From a virus (Duplodnaviria; Caudoviricetes), in IMG/VR virus record IMGVR_UViG_3300011116_001007: 64,000 bases of DNA; one strand, 5' to 3'. The notes beneath the pieces were generated by a model. That model made no database searches. It had not been told where the DNA came from and worked only from the letters and a program-made list of their open reading frames with translations. This document shows positions 26,460 through 36,208 of this stretch, one piece after another; the first letter of the stretch is position 1, and each line of letters opens with the position of its first letter. Made by a program: the position numbers and the translations under genes.

Positions 26460-27577
26460 CAGCAGTTCCACTTCCTCAGTGCCAGCGCCTTGCGTGTGGG
26501 TTTGCCATTGGGTTTCTTCATTGGACCGTCCACACCACTCATTCTAGCGCAGAAACTCTTGCGACGTTTGGCTGCTTTTGATCCAGGCTTGAGTTTTGAA
26601 GGCTTGGTGGTCACTGCCATCTGCAAATGACTGCCGGGATGTTCTCTGCGATAGCTGGCAACACCTTTGCGATTCAATCCGCCCTTGGCGCTCTTGCCTG
26701 CTTTGCGTCGCCAAGCAGCAGTTTCGCGAACAATCTGTTCATCTGTCACTGTGTCAAATGCATCTTCGGTAAGTCCACGTTCGGCCATGGCCTGTTCAAA
26801 ATCATCAAATATCTCATGAGCTTCCTCCAAGCTGCAGATGCTTTCTGCAGGATTGATGCTTCTGTAACCCAGTGAGTATTGTTCTACTTCTTCGGGATGT
26901 CGTGCTTGCTTGTCTTGCATGGTTTTCAACTGTGTGCGTGGGTTGAGTGTTTTAACTTTTCTGTTGGGATTTTGTTTGACATCACGGCGAGCATCCGCCA
27001 CACCGGCCGCATGCCAATGATTGTTTTCCGCCACACCTTGCTCTTCCACTCGGCCAGCATTGTGTGCTTTCCATGCTGTGGCAAAAGCAATAGATTTTTC
27101 TTGAGGAGTCAGCTTGCCATCCCGGGCATAACCCTGTTTAATGTGTTTGACCATGCGTTCGGCTTTGGCGCCTGGAGGGGCAACTTCAGCCACATCGCGC
27201 ATCAAATGATTGGCATCGCCGGACTTTTTCCATGCATCCCACATGGCTCGGCCGGCTGGCAATTGATTTCTGCTTGGCACAATGGTGTTGCCCAGGGCTC
27301 GCACATAGGCATAGATGTTACGTGCTAGACCTTGACCTTGATATTCAGGACGGAAACTGGTGATCAAGGATACCACGCCTGCTTTGCTTGGTTTGAATTT
27401 GGCAAGACCTGCTTGTTGAAAGTTGTCATCCAGCACTTTGACTGTGAGCACTGGCTTGCCGTATTCTTCTTCCACCGTGGCCCGATATGTCAACCCGTCA
27501 AAAATTTGTGTGTCATTAAATGCTGGATTAAAACAATCTGGATTGATTGCTTCTGTAATAAATTCTTTTGATCTCAT
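26459..27577 (-). CDS. CTS-motif modular protein: GNAT-like domain plus basic C-terminal (DUF6321-like) module
   Basis: MRSKEFITE; PEYQGQGLARNIY..QLPAGRAMW GNAT-like motif; AAWRRKAGK..GGLN..RRKSFCARM..KWNC. Confidence 0.6.
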   Translation of the reverse strand: MRSKEFITEAINPDCFNPAFNDTQIFDGLTYRATVEEEYGKPVLTVKVLDDNFQQAGLAKFKPSKAGVVSLITSFRPEYQGQGLARNIYAYVRALGNTIVPSRNQLPAGRAMWDAWKKSGDANHLMRDVAEVAPPGAKAERMVKHIKQGYARDGKLTPQEKSIAFATAWKAHNAGRVEEQGVAENNHWHAAGVADARRDVKQNPNRKVKTLNPRTQLKTMQDKQARHPEEVEQYSLGYRSINPAESICSLEEAHEIFDDFEQAMAERGLTEDAFDTVTDEQIVRETAAWRRKAGKSAKGGLNRKGVASYRREHPGSHLQMAVTTKPSKLKPGSKAAKRRKSFCARMSGVDGPMKKPNGKPTRKALALRKWNC

Positions 27578-27876
27578 TAAAATATCCTCAACGAAACTTC
27601 GTCACTGCCCACACCAACGATGACACCTGGACCGTCAATCACACGAAAATTGGTCACACGTATGCGCCCTGCTTCTCGGTCCACTGTTTCGTAACGTATG
27701 GGATATGTGCCCGTGGGTGCCATGATCTGATGTGTTTCTTCAAGATAAGTGTCAGTCCAGATCCAATTGCGCTCAGTGAACAATTCGTCATTGACGTATG
27801 CTCGATATCGCAGATTAGCACCCGGATACCGTTTGGCACTGACATCAACAGTAAATTGTATGAATTTAGGCTCCAT
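27577..27876 (-). CDS. Hypothetical late protein
   Basis: 99 aa; TAAATA at 27881-27886 upstream. Confidence 0.55.
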   Translation of the reverse strand: MEPKFIQFTVDVSAKRYPGANLRYRAYVNDELFTERNWIWTDTYLEETHQIMAPTGTYPIRYETVDREAGRIRVTNFRVIDGPGVIVGVGSDEVSLRIF

Positions 27877-27880
27877 AATT

Positions 27881-27908
27881 TATTTAGCAAAATATGCACC
27901 TATAAATA
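27881..27908. promoter_or_regulatory. Divergent T4-type late promoters (TAAATA minus 27881-27886; TATAAATA plus 27901-27908)
   Basis: Exact T4 late consensus TATAAATA 5 nt before ATG 27914; the same hexamer precedes many other ORFs (e.g. 35093, 36174, 37669, 38874, 43309, 44266, 45068, 46051, 52133, 60875, 60986, 61806). Confidence 0.7.
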
Positions 27909-27913
27909 TCTAT

Positions 27914-28954
27914 ATGCTTAAATTAGTTGACGTGCGGCAGATTCAAATTGAACTCACCACAAGATGCAACGCTCGTTGCCCCATGTGCATGCGAAACTAT
28001 CGAGGTATTGACTACAATTCGGGATATCCTGTGTGCGAACTCGGCCTTGCTGATTTCAAAAAAATACTCACACCTGCAATATTGACTGGAATCATGAGAT
28101 CAGACCCGCCAGTGAATGGAAGAGTTCCGATCAACTACAACTTTCAAGGCATCAATTTCAATGGCAATCTTGGCGATTTTTCCAACGCAAAAGATGGTGC
28201 AGAGATTGTGGAGTATCTGGTAGAGCACGGAGTTAATGTTCGTATCAATACCAATGGCAGTACCAGAACTCCAGATTGGTGGGCAAGATTGGCCCGTCCC
28301 GGAGTCTCAATAGGATTTGCATTAGATGGCCTGGCTGACACCCATCATCTGTACAGGCAGGACACAGACTGGCACAAAATAATAGCAAATGCCCAGGCGT
28401 TTATCAACGCAGGTGGGCATGCAGAATGGAGATTTGCGCCATTTGATCACAATCGCCATCAACAAGATGCATGCGAGAAATTATCTCGCGTGATGGGATT
28501 TGCTAGATTTGAAAACATATATGATGGCCGTGATCGCGGGCCAGTGTTCAATCGAGATCAAACATTCAGCCATCATATCGGCGAACCTGTTGGTCCAGCT
28601 CCGGATGTGCAGCCCATGTTGGAAAGTCATATCACATGGTATGATTCACGCACATTCCGCAGCGAAAAAGATTCCACCACATTGAATTTGCAATGCACAC
28701 ACAAAATGAACAGAGAGATATACATAGCAGCAGATGGATCTGTGTATCCTTGTTGCTATTTGGGGTTCTATCCAAAAACGATGAATTATCCAGGCAACAA
28801 AGAACTGGCACCCATGGTGCAACAAAACAATGCATTGGAACACACACTGGAGCATTGCCTGGAATGGTTTGAATCCATTGAACAGTCCTGGGCCAAAGAC
28901 AGTATCAGTCAAGGCCGAACATATCAATGCATAACTACATGTAATCGTGTATGA
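27914..28954 (+). CDS. Radical SAM/SPASM-twitch protein
   Basis: CNARCPMC, NGNLGD, NTNGS, YIAADGSVYPCCY; start moved to ATG 27914. Confidence 0.82.
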   Translation: MLKLVDVRQIQIELTTRCNARCPMCMRNYRGIDYNSGYPVCELGLADFKKILTPAILTGIMRSDPPVNGRVPINYNFQGINFNGNLGDFSNAKDGAEIVEYLVEHGVNVRINTNGSTRTPDWWARLARPGVSIGFALDGLADTHHLYRQDTDWHKIIANAQAFINAGGHAEWRFAPFDHNRHQQDACEKLSRVMGFARFENIYDGRDRGPVFNRDQTFSHHIGEPVGPAPDVQPMLESHITWYDSRTFRSEKDSTTLNLQCTHKMNREIYIAADGSVYPCCYLGFYPKTMNYPGNKELAPMVQQNNALEHTLEHCLEWFESIEQSWAKDSISQGRTYQCITTCNRV

Positions 28955-28990
28955 ATGCATGGCCTTATCATATCAATTTAGGAACATATT

Positions 28991-29869
28991 ATGACATCAG
29001 CAAAAATTTTATATCTAGCACGCTATCGCGTGCCACACGCAATCATGAGTTTGCAACCAGAGTTTACCCGGCACCTTATTGGTGTGGATAGAACCTGTAT
29101 TGCCAGCCCTGTGCCCAAAGATGAACTTTGGACTGTGTTCGAACAGTACGGCGTAGATACATCAAAATTTGACTACGCACCAGATTCAGAAATTTATAGA
29201 CTATACCCCGAAGTCAACAACTGGGTGTTTGACGGGGACTACAGAACATACTGGTTGCGCCAGCAGGCCATCAAGTTTGCTTTTTTAGACATGTTGGATT
29301 ATGATCTCATGATCATGCATGACTGCGATTGCTTGTTGATCAAAGACTATGAACCCTTTAAAGATGGCCGGCTCAACTTCATGGTGTTGGAAAATGAACG
29401 CCACAGTTGGGGCTATTACGAAAGTATCAAAAATGCACTGGGCTTTGAACGACTGACACCGCATTGCTTTATCAGTGAGTTTGTGCCTGTGCTCAAGAAA
29501 GACTTCAACGACCTTGTGAAATTTCTAGAAGACAAACACAAAAAGAAATGGCTGGATGCCATGATTGATTCATGTCCACCTGAGCCCACCGTACCGCCCT
29601 GGGGCAACGGCGAGCTCATACGCTGGTTCTCGGAGTACGAGTTCATTGGCAACTGGGCCATGAGTCGCAATGACATCACCATGGAATTCCAACGACGCTA
29701 TCACTACGATAGCATGGAAAAGATTGGCGACTTTGATCCCACATATCATACTGCTGTGTGTGATGCTGTGCCTGACCTTAGATTTAGTTTGCAATATGAC
29801 TGGGATAAAAAAGAGATTCCCCAGTTTGAATACTACATGGACAAGATACGTGAGCGCCTGGCCCGATAA
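28991..29869 (+). CDS. DUF6492-like putative glycosyltransferase
   Basis: WLRQQAIKF, HDCDCLL, FSEYEFIG; resembles 32223-33071. Confidence 0.45.
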   Translation: MTSAKILYLARYRVPHAIMSLQPEFTRHLIGVDRTCIASPVPKDELWTVFEQYGVDTSKFDYAPDSEIYRLYPEVNNWVFDGDYRTYWLRQQAIKFAFLDMLDYDLMIMHDCDCLLIKDYEPFKDGRLNFMVLENERHSWGYYESIKNALGFERLTPHCFISEFVPVLKKDFNDLVKFLEDKHKKKWLDAMIDSCPPEPTVPPWGNGELIRWFSEYEFIGNWAMSRNDITMEFQRRYHYDSMEKIGDFDPTYHTAVCDAVPDLRFSLQYDWDKKEIPQFEYYMDKIRERLAR

Positions 29870-30911
29870 ACTTCAAGTATTCTCTCCAGGATATCAAGCC
29901 ATTGAATGGGGGTTTGGGTATGATCAAATTGTAGACCTTGACACAGCATTGAGCCAGCCTCACAAAATAGCTGTGATGCCAGTTTTTTACAGTTTACCCA
30001 ACAAGTTTGATTATCGACCCGAGTACATGCAATTTCCGTTGCACAAATTTGACCTGGTGTTGTTTACTGACATTGAATGGCATTCAAAAACTGAACTGAT
30101 TGCTTGGATAGAAACTACAGGTATCAGCAACTGGTTGTTGCACACAGCAGGTGTATGGTTGGATGAGCCACATGACCCAAGAGTGATCTATCGACCAGCC
30201 TGGAGTTTTAATTTCTTGCGATGGAATCCGCCCCGAGAAGATTTCCCCCTAGAACGTCCATTTGCATTTGAATGTTTGTTGGGAGCCCGACGTGAACACA
30301 GAGATTTTGTCATGCTGAGCTTGCAAAAATCTAACCTGTTGGAACAGAACATCGTGACCTATCGTGATTTATTTGTGGGTCACTGGATTGATCAGACTCC
30401 TGAACGTGTGGCTCGACTGTTTGACAACACTGTTTTACAGTATCCTTACGTGAGCGCCAATCTTGACCCTGCGTGGGAAGTCAAAAAAGACATGGACAAT
30501 TCAGTCAGTGGGCTGGTGCCCTGGGAGATCTACAATAGAACTTGGTTTAGTGTGGTATGCGAAACACTGGCACAAGGTCGTGTGTTTTTGTCAGCAGAAA
30601 AAATTGCCAAATGCCTACAGGCACGTAGATTGTTTGTGGTGTTTGGCATACAGGGATTTTTGCAGCACTATAGAGACTGGGGTTTTGAAACATTTGGCGA
30701 TGTAATAGATGAAACCTACGACTCAGAGCCCGATGATATAACACGTTGGGGCTGTGCATTTGAACAGGTAAAATCATTGTGCAATCAAGACTTACCGGTT
30801 CTGCTGAAAAAACTGCAACCCAGGCTGGATCACAACCACCACAGACTGTATGCTCTTGAACAAGAAAAACGTCAAGAGCTACAGAATTTTGTGGTTGATC
30901 ACTTGAAGTGA
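29850..30911 (+). CDS. Putative glycosyltransferase-like protein (FSVVCET/AEK family)
   Basis: FECLLGARREHR, WFSVVCET, AEKIAKCL, GFETFGDVIDETYD; probable GTG start 29850. Confidence 0.45.
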   Translation: MSAWPDKLQVFSPGYQAIEWGFGYDQIVDLDTALSQPHKIAVMPVFYSLPNKFDYRPEYMQFPLHKFDLVLFTDIEWHSKTELIAWIETTGISNWLLHTAGVWLDEPHDPRVIYRPAWSFNFLRWNPPREDFPLERPFAFECLLGARREHRDFVMLSLQKSNLLEQNIVTYRDLFVGHWIDQTPERVARLFDNTVLQYPYVSANLDPAWEVKKDMDNSVSGLVPWEIYNRTWFSVVCETLAQGRVFLSAEKIAKCLQARRLFVVFGIQGFLQHYRDWGFETFGDVIDETYDSEPDDITRWGCAFEQVKSLCNQDLPVLLKKLQPRLDHNHHRLYALEQEKRQELQNFVVDHLK

Positions 30912-31699
30912 GTGATCCAGTGCTGATAGAAATTGTCAGCTATGATCTGTTGCCCAGCCGGGCTGGAATGATAACCTGGATCCTCACCTTCAAACGGATT
31001 GTTACCGCAGATGGCCTGCAGTGATTCGTTCAAGTTGATATAATGATCGGGTATGATAGCAGGAAATGCATCTCGCCATAGCGACTGATTGTCTGGGTCA
31101 AATGGCCACAACAAGTTTGGTAGCACTATGAACTTTATGCCATCCAGGAACATCATGAGTATGCCTTCCCGTATGATCCATTCATCTTGTTGTTTTTTCC
31201 ACGCATTGTCATAAATGCTGTCAATCCAATGTCTGATACCTATTTGAGCTTGCTTGGTTATGCGACCCATTCGATACGGATGCTCGTAATTTTCGGCCAA
31301 GGTGAATATGGTTTCACATATCATGTTTGACGATTCTGTGCCGTAGTTGACATTGCGTATGCCATCTTCTCTACGATAGCCATTGCCTAGTTTTCTATTT
31401 TGAAGATGTTGCTCCAATGGAGGATTTTCTCCTGTGCTTGGTGCTCGGTTCCAGTCATACGGTGCAGAGTCAGCAGGTATTTCCATACGGTCCCAGAACG
31501 TGGGGCCAATGATGGCTAGATCTGGCCGTTGCCGACGAATCTCATCTATCTGTATGCGTATGCCGCCGTTGCTGCAACCTTGGCGTGCTAGATTTACTAG
31601 ATCCCATCCTAGTTTCTGCGCCAATCGTTCGCTCCAGGCTGTGCCTGGTAATGTTTTACTCACAGCACTGAAGCTGCATCCTGCTACCATTAGTTTCAT
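30899..31699 (-). CDS. SGNH/GDSL-like protein
   Basis: VAGCSFS, NLARQGCSN, C-terminal GYHSS. Confidence 0.6.
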   Translation of the reverse strand: MKLMVAGCSFSAVSKTLPGTAWSERLAQKLGWDLVNLARQGCSNGGIRIQIDEIRRQRPDLAIIGPTFWDRMEIPADSAPYDWNRAPSTGENPPLEQHLQNRKLGNGYRREDGIRNVNYGTESSNMICETIFTLAENYEHPYRMGRITKQAQIGIRHWIDSIYDNAWKKQQDEWIIREGILMMFLDGIKFIVLPNLLWPFDPDNQSLWRDAFPAIIPDHYINLNESLQAICGNNPFEGEDPGYHSSPAGQQIIADNFYQHWITHFK

Positions 31700-32226
31700 G
31701 GTGATATCTCCTGTTGTGGTTCTGTGTAACTGTTTTTGTGCTCGGCCACGTGAAAGCCTGCAATAATGTTGCCATGACATGGCAATTCGTCTAGACTGTA
31801 TGTTCCTGGTGCCACTCTCAATGTTGTTGTGCCTTGCCCGTGCGGCGCAAATGTCACTAGATTGCAATGGCGTCGAACGCTGTCATGCACCAGTTGGTGA
31901 TGTATGTGACCATAGTCACCGTGTTGATCATGTGTGAGAACCAGCGCATATTGTTTGGCCAGTTCCCAACATTTGACCAGGGCCGATTGGTGATCCCACC
32001 GAGTAAACTGTTGTTGTTCCTGATCGTGCCAGTGATCTTCAAAGCCAAGAAACACAGTGTCAATGCCCCGACGACGCCAAAATGCTGACATCTCTGCGCC
32101 ACGTGGATCTGATTCTGTATAAGTTAAATATGCAATGGTCCAAGCATGTTCAGGATGGTTGTGAATATAACTGTAGGCAAATATCACACAGTCGTCTGGA
32201 TGAGCAACCAAGCAAAGTGCTTTCAT
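31696..32226 (-). CDS. PIG-L/LmbE family deacetylase
   Basis: VAHPDDC and THDQHGDYGHIHH zinc motifs. Confidence 0.8.
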   Translation of the reverse strand: MKALCLVAHPDDCVIFAYSYIHNHPEHAWTIAYLTYTESDPRGAEMSAFWRRRGIDTVFLGFEDHWHDQEQQQFTRWDHQSALVKCWELAKQYALVLTHDQHGDYGHIHHQLVHDSVRRHCNLVTFAPHGQGTTTLRVAPGTYSLDELPCHGNIIAGFHVAEHKNSYTEPQQEISP

Positions 32227-33071
32227 AAAGTAATACCTCGCTGGCTAAGGAATGACTGATATTGTTGTTGTTGATCAGGCAACAGCCTGGACCAGGCATT
32301 GCGATGTATGCTTACTGTCGAACTGTGTGACATTTCAATAAATTTTCTATCAAATGCTGCAACTTCGCTGTGACATAGATTGCACGGTTGCAGGCCAACT
32401 TGATCAGTGTTGTACAACACATCCATCATGTGCTTGGATTCCAAGTATCCTGAATACAAGATGAATTCAGTCACTGAGCCTTGTTGTTGAAACCATGCAG
32501 GGAATGACTGATTGGTACGGTGTTCTATATCAACAATCATGGCGCGAGTCATTTGTGTATTGAACAGAAATGGCACGCCGCCGGGACCTAATTGTGTTGT
32601 CACATCAACTTCAAACAACTTGCTTACTTTGATTCTACTGGATTCAAACACTGGGTATATTTCTAACTTACCAGTACGTGGACGGCCTTGACTGTCCATG
32701 ACATCAGTCAATTTTAATGATTTTACAAACAGTGTTTTGGCATCCAGTGCCATGCACCAGGTGTTGTAACTTGTGGCAGCGCCCAATATTTTGAGCACTT
32801 GTTGGCTGACCCAGCCATTGTCAACCAACTCAGCAGAGAATGCTCTGCATGGCAACACAGTCACACAATGTTGGAGACTGCCCCACCAGGCAGTATCAAT
32901 CTGACTGGCCACTGTGTCTGAGTCATTGACTATGACATAGATATTCTTTATTCCTATGTCTTGGCAGTAGAGATCAATGCTGTGTGCCTGGGCTTGCAGA
33001 ACTGACAGTTCTGGCTCAAATACCACTGTAACAATATCAATCATGATTGGGTCATAAAAAACGGCATACAT
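32223..33071 (-). CDS. DUF6492-like putative glycosyltransferase
   Basis: GWVSQQVLKI, ALDAKT, TEFILY; start may be 33044. Confidence 0.5.
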   Translation of the reverse strand: MYAVFYDPIMIDIVTVVFEPELSVLQAQAHSIDLYCQDIGIKNIYVIVNDSDTVASQIDTAWWGSLQHCVTVLPCRAFSAELVDNGWVSQQVLKILGAATSYNTWCMALDAKTLFVKSLKLTDVMDSQGRPRTGKLEIYPVFESSRIKVSKLFEVDVTTQLGPGGVPFLFNTQMTRAMIVDIEHRTNQSFPAWFQQQGSVTEFILYSGYLESKHMMDVLYNTDQVGLQPCNLCHSEVAAFDRKFIEMSHSSTVSIHRNAWSRLLPDQQQQYQSFLSQRGITL

Positions 33072-33099
33072 TATGTATGCCGCGTGGATTGAGTGGTTT

Positions 33100-35085
33100 T
33101 TATTTTTTGCGGATGCCAGCTAAATTTTGCATGCGATTGATATCTTCGTTAAAATGCTGTGATTGCATTTTGGCCAGTTCGGCTGCAGGGACATTCTTTT
33201 GAAATGTTGTTGTGGGTGTACCATTCACATCCTGCTTGTGCATGTAATCTCCGGTGCCGGTCGCAGGATTTGTCGCTATAGTAACATCGCTGTAGTTACG
33301 GTTGGCCTGACCGTTTTTGGCTGCGGTGGTATCACGTGAGATTGTGCTTATGTTTGTGTTTAGATCTGGGCGAGTAGGCGGCGTTGCCTGTTTGTAAGAA
33401 TTGGTTGGTGCATGGTATTGCATCGTGGAGCCATCCTGCATGGGCATGGTTGCACTGCCCCATTTGAATCCGTCATCCATGGTGTCACCCGTGTCAGTTT
33501 CTTTTACTGAAGTTTTCCTTGGCTGACTGGCAGGTGTTCCGGCATTATATCCACCTTGACGATATCGATTCGCAATACCTGACAAGGTATCTCCTTTGTC
33601 AACCACAGCAAAAGTACCATTGGGCAGTTTGATTTGCTGCCCAGGATAGATACGATCAGGATTGGCTATTTTATTTGCTTGAGCTATGTCTTGCCACAAT
33701 GGTGCTGTTGTTTTTGATGCGGTTGTACCACCGGCCGCCGGTGCATTTTGTTTTGCTGCCCATGCTCTAGCACGATCTATTGTGGCTTGATCAATGCGAC
33801 CTTTACTTCCACCAGTGATTTCGCCATTATCACCGGCACCGTTGCCCATGGTCATGCTCATACGCACTGGCTGTGTTTTACCAGTGGATGATACTGCGTT
33901 GCCTGCTGGCACTGAGTTAGCTGCTGGTTCAGACTGGCGGTACGCTGGATTTATTACATATTGCCACGTAGTGCCGGCAGGCAGTCTGTTAGGATTGCTT
34001 GGGTCAGCTGCTGCACCAGATGCACCATCTCCAGCTTTTTTGCTATACTCGCCATTGACTTGCCCTGCTGGCAATATCACACTTGGCGGTGGGTATTCTG
34101 TGTTACTATTACTGCCGCCTGTGTTGGGTACTGAAAATTCTTCGCCATTGGCACCCTTATAAACGGTTGGCGCCGCAAATGGGTCTGGTAGATTGTTCAT
34201 CTTTGTTTGCCAACGGTTGATGTGGTTTCTTACGGCTGCTTCTTCTTCACTGTCCAGCGGTTTTATTTCCTGACCAGGCTTGAGGTTTTTGCCAAAGCGG
34301 TCCCAATTTTTCATGATATCCGGGCCATCATCGGTGTTGTTGGACATCGACCCAGCAACATCAGCAGGAGAAGGATAAGCATCGGCGGTTTCCATGGGCT
34401 GCATCATGTTATCATAATTGGCATTGGGGTTGGCTGTTGCTGGGCGTGTGTCTAGTCTAGGAGTTTCTTTGCCAGTTCCTGTCGCTGGCCTGCTGTCTAA
34501 GTAATTGGGTTTTTGTGTCAACGGTGTTGTGTGCATTTGGGGCGTTTCATTGCCTGTTCCTGTTGCCACTGGATGATTGATATAATCAGTTTCTGCTCGA
34601 CCTACCAGCTTTGTGAGTGCGTTGAGATTTTTTGTAAGTTCAGGATTTTGAAATGCTTTCATGCCTTTGTTAAAAGTTCCAGACACATCCACATCGCCTT
34701 TGGGATTCAAAGCCATTGAATTTTTAACTGCGGCCGGATCAGGAGCAGCCATGCCGCGTTCAGCAGCAGTTGAATACATGTTCTTGACATAATCTGTAGT
34801 GGGCATTGATCCTAGACTGCCAGGTGGCAACTCATTGGCGTCTTCCGCTAAATTCTGCTGACCATACATGTCAAGAATTTGATCAACGTAAAAACTATAA
34901 AAGCCGCGGCGGCCGTTGTATTCTCTGTCTCCCAACACTCGCTTTAGTGCCAGCACAGCGTCACTCACTGTTGGACCTTGCATCACTCGTAATGCGTCAG
35001 TGACAAGTGAGTCAACTCTTTGCGAGTTTTCTGTCACATTGCGTGCAGATCTTTTGGGGTTGGTAAAAAAATCGTTGATGATCAT
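33100..35085 (-). CDS. Modular LysM-containing probable virion protein
   Basis: IANPDRIYPGQQIKLP..VVDKGDTLSGIA; low-complexity linkers; C-terminal RMQNLAGI; late promoter upstream. Confidence 0.6.
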   Translation of the reverse strand: MIINDFFTNPKRSARNVTENSQRVDSLVTDALRVMQGPTVSDAVLALKRVLGDREYNGRRGFYSFYVDQILDMYGQQNLAEDANELPPGSLGSMPTTDYVKNMYSTAAERGMAAPDPAAVKNSMALNPKGDVDVSGTFNKGMKAFQNPELTKNLNALTKLVGRAETDYINHPVATGTGNETPQMHTTPLTQKPNYLDSRPATGTGKETPRLDTRPATANPNANYDNMMQPMETADAYPSPADVAGSMSNNTDDGPDIMKNWDRFGKNLKPGQEIKPLDSEEEAAVRNHINRWQTKMNNLPDPFAAPTVYKGANGEEFSVPNTGGSNSNTEYPPPSVILPAGQVNGEYSKKAGDGASGAAADPSNPNRLPAGTTWQYVINPAYRQSEPAANSVPAGNAVSSTGKTQPVRMSMTMGNGAGDNGEITGGSKGRIDQATIDRARAWAAKQNAPAAGGTTASKTTAPLWQDIAQANKIANPDRIYPGQQIKLPNGTFAVVDKGDTLSGIANRYRQGGYNAGTPASQPRKTSVKETDTGDTMDDGFKWGSATMPMQDGSTMQYHAPTNSYKQATPPTRPDLNTNISTISRDTTAAKNGQANRNYSDVTIATNPATGTGDYMHKQDVNGTPTTTFQKNVPAAELAKMQSQHFNEDINRMQNLAGIRKK

Positions 35086-35100
35086 GATGTTTTATTTACC

Positions 35101-35124
35101 AAAAAAAAGAGCCTTGCGGCTCTT
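35101..35124 (-). terminator. Intrinsic terminator
   Basis: AAGAGCC-GCAA-GGCUCUU followed by a U6 run. Confidence 0.85.
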
Positions 35125-35193
35125 AGTGCTGGTTACGAGTTCCAGCAGCCTCTCAATCTTGAGGTCGGTTTAAATGGGGTTTTACCCAGACAA

Positions 35194-36126
35194 TCACTTG
35201 CCCAATAGGCCGTTAACCTTGATTTCAACAGCATCTAGACGAGCTTCAATGGCATCCAGTTCTGGGTCAGCAGATGTGGCAATTGCTTCTTCGACTTGTT
35301 GAACCACTTCGGCAGCAACTTGTTCAACACCTGTTGCAGCAGCAATAATATCAATAACTGCGTCAACCACTTGCTGTACCACTTCTGGTGCTGGCGCAGC
35401 AGCTGGTGGATAGAAAGTGTATACTTTGCCCGAAGCTGGAATAACAGCGGTACCACCTGCATCAGCCACACTAATGTGATAGATTCCATCGTGACTGTCA
35501 CCACTGGTAACAATGCCAGAAGTCACGTCTGCTTCTGGAGCAAACCAGGTGTAACCACTAGTGATCAACAGCGTATCTTCCCACTGTGCAGCACTCATGT
35601 TGCCTTGATACAACCATACTCGCTCATTGCCTGGCGCACAGATATTTTGATTTGCTACAACATGTCCTACGGACACAGGCAGCGGTGCGTCAGCAACTGC
35701 GGCTATGATAGCTTCAGTGATGGCCACTGGGTCAATAACAACTTCTGGCTGTGCGGTAACAACTGCGGCAACTGCGGCAGCAATAATGTCAGCAACTTCT
35801 GGGTGATCCACTGGATCTGCTTCCACGTGTGCTGCAACAACATCAGTCACAATGTCGGCTGCTGCTGGCACTTCTGCGCTGGGCGATAGTGCAACCACTT
35901 GTTCAACTGTGACAGGGGCAGCATCGGCTGGTGCTGCAACAATAGCTTCAATGTGGCTTTGAGTCTTTTCAGCAATCATTTGGTTGACCTGGGATTCAAC
36001 AGCAGTCAATCTCATGTCAAGTTGGTCAATGGTAGCAGGTGCTACTGTGTCAATTGTGGTGCCGGTCAGTGTGGCCAATTTGGCTTCAACTGCTTGCAGG
36101 CGTAAGGCTAGGTCTTCAAATCTCAT
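35194..36126 (-). CDS. Acidic Ala/Val-rich protein with terminal coiled coils and central globular insert
   Basis: Start after AAGGAG SD at 36126; LQAVEAKL and LDAIEARLDAVE heptads. Confidence 0.6.
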   Translation of the reverse strand: MRFEDLALRLQAVEAKLATLTGTTIDTVAPATIDQLDMRLTAVESQVNQMIAEKTQSHIEAIVAAPADAAPVTVEQVVALSPSAEVPAAADIVTDVVAAHVEADPVDHPEVADIIAAAVAAVVTAQPEVVIDPVAITEAIIAAVADAPLPVSVGHVVANQNICAPGNERVWLYQGNMSAAQWEDTLLITSGYTWFAPEADVTSGIVTSGDSHDGIYHISVADAGGTAVIPASGKVYTFYPPAAAPAPEVVQQVVDAVIDIIAAATGVEQVAAEVVQQVEEAIATSADPELDAIEARLDAVEIKVNGLLGK

Positions 36127-36179
36127 GGGTTGCTCCTTTGGGTTATTGGGTTTGTGCCACCATGGCACACAAGTATTTA

Positions 36180-36208
36180 AAGACATTACCGTTACACTAA
36201 TATTACGT
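36180..36208 (-). promoter_or_regulatory. Possible Pho-box-like triple 11-bp direct repeat
   Basis: ACGTAAT-ATTA-GTGTAAC-GGTA-ATGTCTT, overlapping a TAAATA motif. Confidence 0.3.

Noticed and set aside
27026-27040. GTGTGGCGGA as a Chi site
   Set aside because: It differs from E. coli Chi (GCTGGTGG) and is tied to one reading frame at domain junctions rather than dispersed
34440-34580. Short tandem repeat (PATGTGxETP, about 2.5 copies) in the LysM protein
   Set aside because: Ordinary low-complexity linker duplication, with no spacer structure
35194-36126. Gas vesicle protein GvpA similarity (LDAIEARL)
   Set aside because: Only a generic heptad resemblance; size and composition do not fit
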